A DNA stretch of 63,942 nucleotides, filler included, from Reclinomonas americana ATCC 50394 (lineage: Eukaryota), in assembly GCA_048213135.1 (NCBI GenBank). It is 6 parts of 2 records of this genome, joined end to end, with 100 filler letters (N's around TTAATTAATTAA, not from the genome) between each part and the next. Parts side by side here need not be neighbours in the genome. Positions count along the whole stretch, not along the records: positions 49,978 to 63,942 come from PS015239.1; 5 more parts are not named here. One strand, given 5' to 3'. Shown piece after piece: positions 55,789-63,942 of the stretch. The translations under genes were made by a program, and so were the position numbers. Under the pieces are notes generated by a model that worked only from the letters and a program-made list of their open reading frames with translations, ran no database searches and was not told the origin of the DNA. Position 1 is the first letter of the stretch. Every line of letters starts with the position of its first letter.

Positions 55789-56069
55789 TTTTTTCTCTCT
55801 CTGTGGCACTGTCTCTTTTGTGTGCTTGTGTAATTGAGGAGCTAGCGTTTGAGCTCACCTTCTGATTTGTGGTGCCCTGCTTGCCTCGTCAACTCATTCT
55901 CACAAGCTTGCACGCGCTTACTTTCTCTGACACTCTCACCCTTCCCCTCCCCTTCCCGCTTACCCCCTCTCCCCCTTTCTGCACAGCCTACCTGAAGAGC
56001 GACGACTACCTGTCTGTGGCGAACAGGTTCAACAACAAGATGGCGCGGTGGGGTTCGGGCGAGCCTTAA
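53416..56069 (+). CDS. GSTM: Glutathione S-transferase, mu class
   Basis: LVLGY|WDIRGLAQ, WDRSQWLDAK...LDFPNL|PYLIDGDLRITQS, FLGEKTWFAGDQLTYADF, AYLKSD...NNKMARWG. Confidence 0.92.
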
Positions 56070-56192
56070 ATATTACGCACCTTTGCTCCAATCTGGGTGG
56101 TGACAAGGCTGTGAATAGTGAAATCACCTCTTCTCTTATTTCTGTTCCCCTTACATGCATCAATATCATTTCCTCTTTATGTGTGGGACGCC

Positions 56193-57161
56193 TCACAAGT
56201 AGAGCGACGCGGCAAACACAATGTCACGCTTGATCAGCTCGATACCGCTCTCGAATTTGGTCTCCAGCGTATCATCACCAATCGAGCGGGCGGCCGACGC
56301 CAACTGCCGCATGAGTTCCTCCAGGCGGCGAATGGCACGAATGATGGAACCTGTGTTGTGAAAGCGGAGAGTGAGTGGCGATGGGGAGAGTGGCGACAGC
56401 AGGACGACACAGGTGACAGACCCTCGAAGATCGAGGTCATCTTGCAGATTTCGGCAAATTTGGCTCCCTGCGTTCACAATGAGCAGTGCAGCTTGTGGCA
56501 AGTCGATAACAACGAGTGCACAATACCTTGGCCCACGCATACACAATCTCCATCATGGTCGGCTTGAACGAGGACACGTACTCCTCCACCTCGATTTGGA
56601 TCTTGCACTCTTGCGACACCTTGGCGATGCGGCGAGCCGTGTCGGTCAGCTCGCGGAACGATGGCGCCAACTCCTCCTGCAGTCGCACGTCGTCGTCGCT
56701 CTGCAGAGGAGGGCAGAGGGTGAGAAGGAAGAAGGGAAATGAGGGCAAAGAGGATCGGCAAACCTTTTCCTGCGCGACAAAGCAGCTCAACAGAGCCACG
56801 AGGACCTCGGGGGCCAGGTTGTTGAAGACGCCATTGAACCTGAGGAGAGTAGAAGAGTAAGGAGAGAGAATAGAGGGAAGAGAGAGCGAGAGAGTGCAAA
56901 GATGGCTGAAAGGGGCCCCTCCTCAGAAAGAGACTTATAGACAGGCTGGCGTCACACCAAACCCCCTTTTGCTCCTCAACTACCCTGTCCGAGCGCACAA
57001 CGACATAGGTACAACATGCATTCACATATACACAAACTCATGTACAGAGTGGACTGGTGACATCTCTCTCGATCACACGCAAACAAGACAGAACGTAGGG
57101 AAGATGCGAGCTGGGATCAACTATCGGTTACGCACACACACCCACACCACCACCACCACCA

Positions 57162-57200
<39 letters not shown>

Positions 57201-60200
57201 TGCAAAGCGAGAGAGAGACACCGTACAGTATCCCAGAAAAAGAGAGAGATGGAGAGTGACTTCACGCAACATGAGTTCGGTCATCAGCAACTCATCGGCC
57301 GTGTTCACCTCGCACGCCATGCGACCCTTCTTCTGAATCACATCCTCGGCATTGGTGTACTCGAGTCTGCCACGAAAGAAAATGAGCACTAATCTTCAAC
57401 AACCATCACCGTCCTCCACCACAAACCTCCTCAACACCCTCTTCATCCTCTTCAAATCGTCACGCATGACCACCACCTCCGTTGCCCGCAGATGCGTCTG
57501 CAACACCTTCTTCTTGCGCAACAGCTCCATCTTTCGGTGATACGACTTGTAGTCGGCCTCCAGCTCAGCAGAGGCACGGAAGCGCGAGGATGCCAGCTTG
57601 CTCTCGAGACTCTCCACTTTCTGCTCACACAAGCATGTGAGCCACGAGCATTGTCTTCCGTGTCGCGTCCTCGTCAGCACTCACCCGCAGCGCATGCTTG
57701 AACGACTCGTCCTCGATCTGCATGTCCTGAATGGGGTCCAGCACGGGGATGCCACGCGGCATGCGCCGCCGCACCTCTTGCAAGTTGGCGTCTACGCGGG
57801 CACGGGCCTCGGCATTGCGCAGGTCTTTTGGTATTTGGATGATGATGGAGCTGATGGCGTGGATGAGGTTGATCAGGAGGGGGATGACCTGAAGGGGGGA
57901 AGGGAGGGGAGAAGTGAGGTGAATGGCACGGGAATTGAAGAGCAGGTGGAAGACAACTATCGGGCAAAGGCAGGAGAGAGAGGGGGAGAGAGCGGGAGAG
58001 ATGAGAGTGAACATCGATCACTCCACTCTTCAGTTGCAAGACACAGGAGAACGAGAGGTTCGAAATCTCTCACACTGCCTCAAGAGAGTGAGAGCGCACA
58101 TCGAACTTTCTCTTCGTCGGTAAGATAGAAAGTGAGTTCCTCGCAACATATGTCAAGGAGACCGGCTCATCAAATGAAGAGAATCACCGGTAAGTTACAC
58201 GCTCACATAAGACAGTGGTGCATGCAACGGGAAGATGAGGCGCAGACCTCATTTCCTCTGTCACGTTGAACGATTCCGCACTCCTGGCTTACAACTCCCT
58301 TCCCCTCTCCACTTATCCACTCCTTTGCCCTCGCATTCCTGCACAACCCTTCCTTTTTCGTCTCTTCCCCTCTCCTCGCCGCCGTTCTCTCCTGTCCCAC
58401 CCTTTCCTCTCTTCCCCTCCCCTATTCCCCGCAACTTGCAACTCTCCCTCCCCAGCCGGGCACGGCATCGGTGGGCCCTCCGCACGATCCCTCTGCGTGT
58501 ACACCAACACATCCACCAAGTACTGCGCATCCAGACCGCTGCTGGCCGCCGCTGCCTTGCCCTGCGAACGCAAATGGTGAGTGGAATGTAGATCGACAAC
58601 AAGGGAGAGAGCGAGGTGAGAGCGCCACACCTTTTCTTGCTTCTTTTGGAAATTGATCAACACACCCCAGCCCCAGTCCGCGTCGGCATCCTTGATCTGC
58701 TCACGCATCCGTGTGAGAAACAAGAGGACATGCAGCTATTCCTTGCCACCTTCATGACGCAACTCGCACAAGACGACCAGGTTGCAGATACGGCAGCGCG
58801 TAAATGGGCTTGGTCATCACGGCACGCATCTGCGCCGAGTAAGTCTCCAGCTGCGATCGCAAGTGGTAATACTCGGCGACCAGTGCCTCGTTGTGCACGC
58901 GGACCGACTCGATCTCCTCCTCCAGCTCTTGCAACTCTGTCGCGGAAAAAAAGCGAGGGAGTGAGGATGCGATTCTGTTCGAGAGAGAATTCTCTCTTGT
59001 GATCGAACACTCAACTGCTCTGCATCTCCGGTCGCGCCTTTTGTGACTGGAACTGATGGAAGGAGCGCATCATAATGTACTCCGGGTCGACCGACTCGAT
59101 GCGCAGCAAATTGAGCAGCATGTTGTAGCTGAGGTGGAACTGACTGTTCAGTGGATCGGCCTTGCCGGAGAGCATGCCCTTGGCGGTCGGCACCTCCAGC
59201 TTGTCGTCCACCATCATGATGACGATACCGCGATCGTCGAGACCACGACGACCGGCACGACCACTCATTTGCACGTACTCGCCGCCACTGATCTGTGTGG
59301 CGAGAGAGAAAGAAGATGAGGGAGATGTGGATGGGGGAAAACGATGGTGAGACTCCGTACCCATCGGTTCTCGGTGCCGTCAAACTTGCGCAGACTGGTA
59401 AAGACCACGGTCTTGGCGGGCATGTTGAGGCCCATGGAGAAGGTCTCGGTGGAGAAGAGAACCTGCAGGGAGGGGAAGGTTGTGAGAGACTCTGGACAAG
59501 GGGGAAAGGGGGAAAGAGAAGGGGGAAAGGAGTCAAGGGAGAAGGAGTCAAGGAGTCGAGTACCAAGTAGTCAAGGCCAAAGGAGTCAAGGAGTTAGGGA
59601 GTATCGGGTCAAGGAGTCGAGGGTATAGGAGTCGAGAGTAAAGAGTCAAGCGGATGACTGTTTTCGTTTGAATCTGTCTGTGTTTGTCATTCTCTCTCTC
59701 TCTCTCTTCAAGTTTCTGTCTCCGTTCTCTTCCAAGTGGGTGCCGTCCCTGTGTCTTTTTCTTGCACTCCTTACTGTCTGTCAAGGACCTTTCTGCTCAT
59801 CTCGCTGCCAAACTTCTTGCTCTGCCTGAGATTGCCCATCTCTCGCTTCGCCTCCTTCCCAACTTGTCGCGCTGCAACTTCGTGCAGTGACAAGTTGAGC
59901 TGGAAGCGAGGAGAGCAACAGGGCAGGGATGGGACAGAAGAGATGTAGGGAGGGATCATCTCCCTTTCCTGTTCCCAATACGCCCGTCACTCTTTCGCCC
60001 CCTGGTTTCCAACTTTCTGCTGTTCCTGCACTCGCTGCGCGCTGTCACACTCAATCTCACAATCCTCTTCCTTTACTCTATTGCCCCCTTCCTCAACCTT
60101 CTGATGTTCCTGCACTCACTTCGCGCTGTCACACTTCATCTCCCAGTCCTCCTCCTCAGCAACCTCCTGGATACCTTCAACCTTTCGCCCCATGTCGCAA

Positions 60201-63200
60201 CTATTTGCTGTTCCTGCTCCGTCATATTTCATCTTCCTCTGCGACTTCTCATATTCATTCACTCTTTGCCCCACCCGTCTCCCATCCATCCTCTTTTCCC
60301 TTCGACCCCCTTCTCCCATCCTATCTCATTCATCACACAGCCATGTCTTCTCCCTTTCTCCCCATGCTCTTGTTCCCACCACCCTTCCCCTCTAGCCGCC
60401 TCACCTTGAGCAATCCCTCCTGGAACAACAACTCAATGACCTCCTTCAGCAGCGGGAGCAGACCACCATGATGAATGCCGACACCGCGCTTCAGCAGCGG
60501 CAGAATGTTGATGACTTGCGGCAGCTTCTTGTCGTCCTCCGACAGCGAGTCAATTGCATTCGAGAACACCGTGTCCACCAGCTTCTTCTCCGCATCTGCA
60601 CATCTTCGTCAGAGTCCGCAAAGCTGTAATCAATCGGGTGCATGTCACTTGTCCCCCGTGGCTCACCGCCATTGAAATCCAACTTGGACAGCTGCATGGC
60701 CAGCGCCTCGCACTCGCGCTTGCTGAACGAGAACACAATCACCGGATCGAAATGGCGCTCCATCACCATCTTGATCACACGCTTGACGTCACTCGGTCCC
60801 TGCTGAGCGGCTGTCGGACCGCGACCACCACCGCCCTTCTTCTTGTTGGTGAGCTCAGCGGTGGCCTTGGCCTCGTTCTTCTGCGCCAGCGCGGCGAGTG
60901 CCTTTTGGAAGTTGTCCTCGCGGAACTTGCCCTTCTCGTCGACCACCAGGTACACGCCGTCGCCGCCCGCCGGGAAGATGTAGTGTTGGAGTGGGGTGGG
61001 GCGGTACTCGGTGTAGACCACGTGGACGGGCTGCAAGAGGGGAGAAGGGGGACGGGAGATGATGAGAAGGGAGGAGAGGGCAAGAGAGGGGGAAGACAAA
61101 AGGGAAGACAAGGGGGAAGACGAGGGGGAAGACCAAAGGGGGAAGACGAAGGGGAAGACAAGGGAGAAGACAAGGGAGAAGACAAGGGAGAAGACAAGGG
61201 GGAAGACCAAAGGGGGAAGGCCGAAGGGGAAAGAGAGGGTAAGAGAAAGAGGGGAACGAGAGGGGAAGAGAGGGGGAAGAGAAAGAGCTGAAGGGGGAGG
61301 AGACAAGAGAAGGGGGAAGTAAAGGGAGAAAGCGAGGGAAGGAGAAAGGAGAACGGGAAGGGGTAAGGAGAACGAGACAAGTGGAAAAGGGGAAAAAGAT
61401 GGAAACGTTGCGACTGGAGAGGATGTAAGAAATGTTGGCGTCCACGTTCAGCAGTGATGTTGCAAACAACCATACTTCGGAACCGACAAGGCGAGAGTTC
61501 AGAAATAATGACAGGGAGTGATTCGATAAAAACCGAAACTGCGGACAGAAAGAGAGAACACAGAAAGCAACGGAGACAAAAGCGCAATCACCGACAATCC
61601 TCTTCGCCATTCCCCTTCTGCGCCCTTTCCCTTCTCGCCCTTCCCTCCTCTCCTCGCCCTTCCCCTTCTCTCCCTTCTCTCCCTTCTCTCCCTTCCCCTC
61701 CTCGCCCTTACCCTTCTCCCTCCCTCTTCTTACCTGCGAGTGCAGCTTGGCCACCCACTCGGCAAACTCGCCAGCATTCGGGATGGTGGCCGACAGGAAC
61801 ACGAGGTGCACCTGGTCGGGAAGCAAGATAATCGTCTCCTCCCACACCACACCGCGCTCCTTGTCGCGCATGTAGTGAATCTCATCGAAAATCACCCAGC
61901 CGACCTGCAAATGCACCAACCATTTCAGCATTCCTGCTGCTCCTGCTGCACCTACACCATCAAAATCTCTCGTGTGGGCACGCACCTCACGCAAGATCTC
62001 GGATCCGCGGTACAACATCGACCGCAAAATCTCCGTCGTCATCACAATGCACGAGGCGTTGGGGTTGATGGTGACATCACCCGTCATGAGACCCACATCC
62101 TGAAACTCCTGGTTCAGCTCGCGGTACTTTTGGTTGGAGAGGGCCTTGATCGGCGACGTGTAAATCACACGCTGCTTGACCTCCGGATGCAGCGACATGG
62201 CAATCGCATACTCGGCCACTGCAGTCTTGCCGGCCGAGGTGTGCGCCGACACCAGCACCGAGTGCTTGCGTTCAATGGCGGCCACGGCTTCGCGTTGGAA
62301 GGCATCCAGCTCGAATGGGTAGGTCTTGAAGGGTGAGCCCGGGGGAGGGCTGTAGGGGCCCTTCGGGTCTGCGGGAGAGTGGTGAGGGTGGGGTGAAGAG
62401 GTGGTAAGAAGGAGTAAGGAGAGAGAGAGAGCAAACCTGGTCCAGTGTATCCAGGCGGCAACTTGACCTCGTGCAAGCAGGCGGATCGCGATCGAAACAT
62501 CTCGCGAAGCTCTTCGGGGATCTCGTCGTCTGCGCCGGCAGCAGCAGAGGAGCTGTAACGCAGAGAGAGGGAGGGAGAAGTGAGTGAAGGTGAGAAGAAG
62601 AAGAAGAAGAAGAAGAAGCAGGAGGGAAAGTTGATAAAAGGCGAAGACCATGTGTCTTCGCAGGTACTGAAGTCATGCAAAGACAGGGTGCAAGAAAGAG
62701 AGTGTGACAGCGGTGAGAGTGCATCTACTGCGAGAGAGAAAGGAGGGGAAATGACTGGAAAAGAGCCTGTGTATGCAGGGTGGAAGAGCGTGCACAATGA
62801 CTGACAGAGCGAGAGAGAGAGTGTGAGTCAATGCATGCACAGAGTAAGCGCACATAGAGTGTGTCTGCATGAATGAAAGACACACATACACAGAGAGAGT
62901 GTGTGCCTCAGAGTCTCTGTGCATGCACAGAGGAAGGGCACAGAATGAGGGAGAGAGTGTGTGTCTGTGCATGTGCAGATGTACATCTGCACCAAAAACA
63001 AACACTAACTCAAGAAGCAGCAACAGCTTGCAGCTTCTCTTTACTCTCACACACTCGCATGCACGCACATGATGCACAAGCGCGATACAAAAGAGAGTGA
63101 GTGGAAGAGTGAGAGAGAGAGAGAGAGTCAAAGACACACTTGCATGACAATGAGAGAAGGACAGCGAGTGAGAGTGAGTAAGCGAGTGAGAGAGTGCAAC

Positions 63201-63534
63201 AGGTGAGTGTGCGTGAGAGAGATAGAGAGTGTGTGTGTGTGTGACAACAGTCTCACCTCTTCTTCCTCCTCTTCTTCTCCGGCTGCCCATCCTCTCCCAC
63301 TCGCTCCTCCTCTTCCTCTCCTCCTTCCGCCTCCGCCTCCTCCTCCAACTCATGCGCCGCCTCCATCACCGCATCCGCCGTGGCCATCAGTGACTCGGCC
63401 GCCACTCGCTCATCAGTGAGACGCGCGCGCTTCTTCTTGCTCGACTTTGTGGGAGGAGGAGCAGTGTTGGAGCCACTGCCACTGCCACTGCCACCACCGT
63501 CAAAGCCAGAGAAGAGATCGTCGTCAAAGTCCAT
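56193..63534 (-). CDS. MTR4: MTR4 (MTREX/SKIV2L2) exosome DExH RNA helicase
   Basis: [83 protein letters not shown]. Confidence 0.96.
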
Positions 63535-63885
63535 GGCAAAATGAATTAAAAGTTGTCCTGCATGCAAGCAGTCTTTGCTGCAGTGTCTTCTTCTTCCTTC
63601 TTCTTCTTCCTGGTCTTGTTCTCCTGCTGCTGCTGCTGCTGTGCTTGTTGCAGTCAACGTTGCTTGTTGTGCTGCGTCGGGATTGCGTTATCAATATCGA
63701 CGTCGCGCGATCGACTGCTGTCGTCGACGTCGCTGTCTCCTCCTCTCTCCTCATCTTCCATGTGCTTCACTGTTATTACCCGTGTTCTCTCTAAGTGCTC
63801 CTTTTCTTTCAACTCGACAATGAAGCCGCTGCGCTGCTGCCCTGTCGCAAGAGGACACAATCAAACGCAACGAACGTAACGAACC

Positions 63886-63887
<2 letters not shown>

Positions 63888-63934
<47 letters not shown>
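63888..63934. repeat. (CA)n microsatellite
   Basis: Seen directly. Confidence 0.9.
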
Positions 63935-63936
<2 letters not shown>

Positions 63937-63942
63937 ATTCTC

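Overview
This is a compact, intron-dense nuclear genome region of a eukaryotic microbe (organism not identifiable from this window). It uses the standard code, with TAA, TGA and TAG all acting as stops, and most introns are about 50-150 nt GT-AG. It is a draft assembly with many N gaps and five artificial N44-TTAATTAATTAA-N44 linkers. Spliced genes reconstructed by hand include class II fumarase, NAC-alpha, an LCM-type methyltransferase, a Zn-binding ADH/quinone reductase-family protein, a FERM-like protein, a type II CAX/VNX1 exchanger, GalE, VAP, a secreted lectin/24xEGF/Asp-box protein, a MORN-repeat protein, TEX264-like, a GT31 glycosyltransferase, aminoacylase-1, cathepsin C, a novel exon-cassette repeat protein, GET3, mu-class GST and MTR4. 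Two identical, convergent tRNA-Leu(CAG) genes are also present. The main finding is about 30 introns whose 5' splice sites are a +1-shifted form (GTTGCGT, GTTGAG, GTTTCGT) of the ordinary donor (GTGCGT, GTGAGT, GTTCGT), nearly always after an exon ending in a non-G base. This suggests routine shifted-register or bulged donor recognition. Two short contigs carrying the 5' ends of CAX and GT31 appear inverted in the scaffold. All exon boundaries are manual inferences without RNA data.
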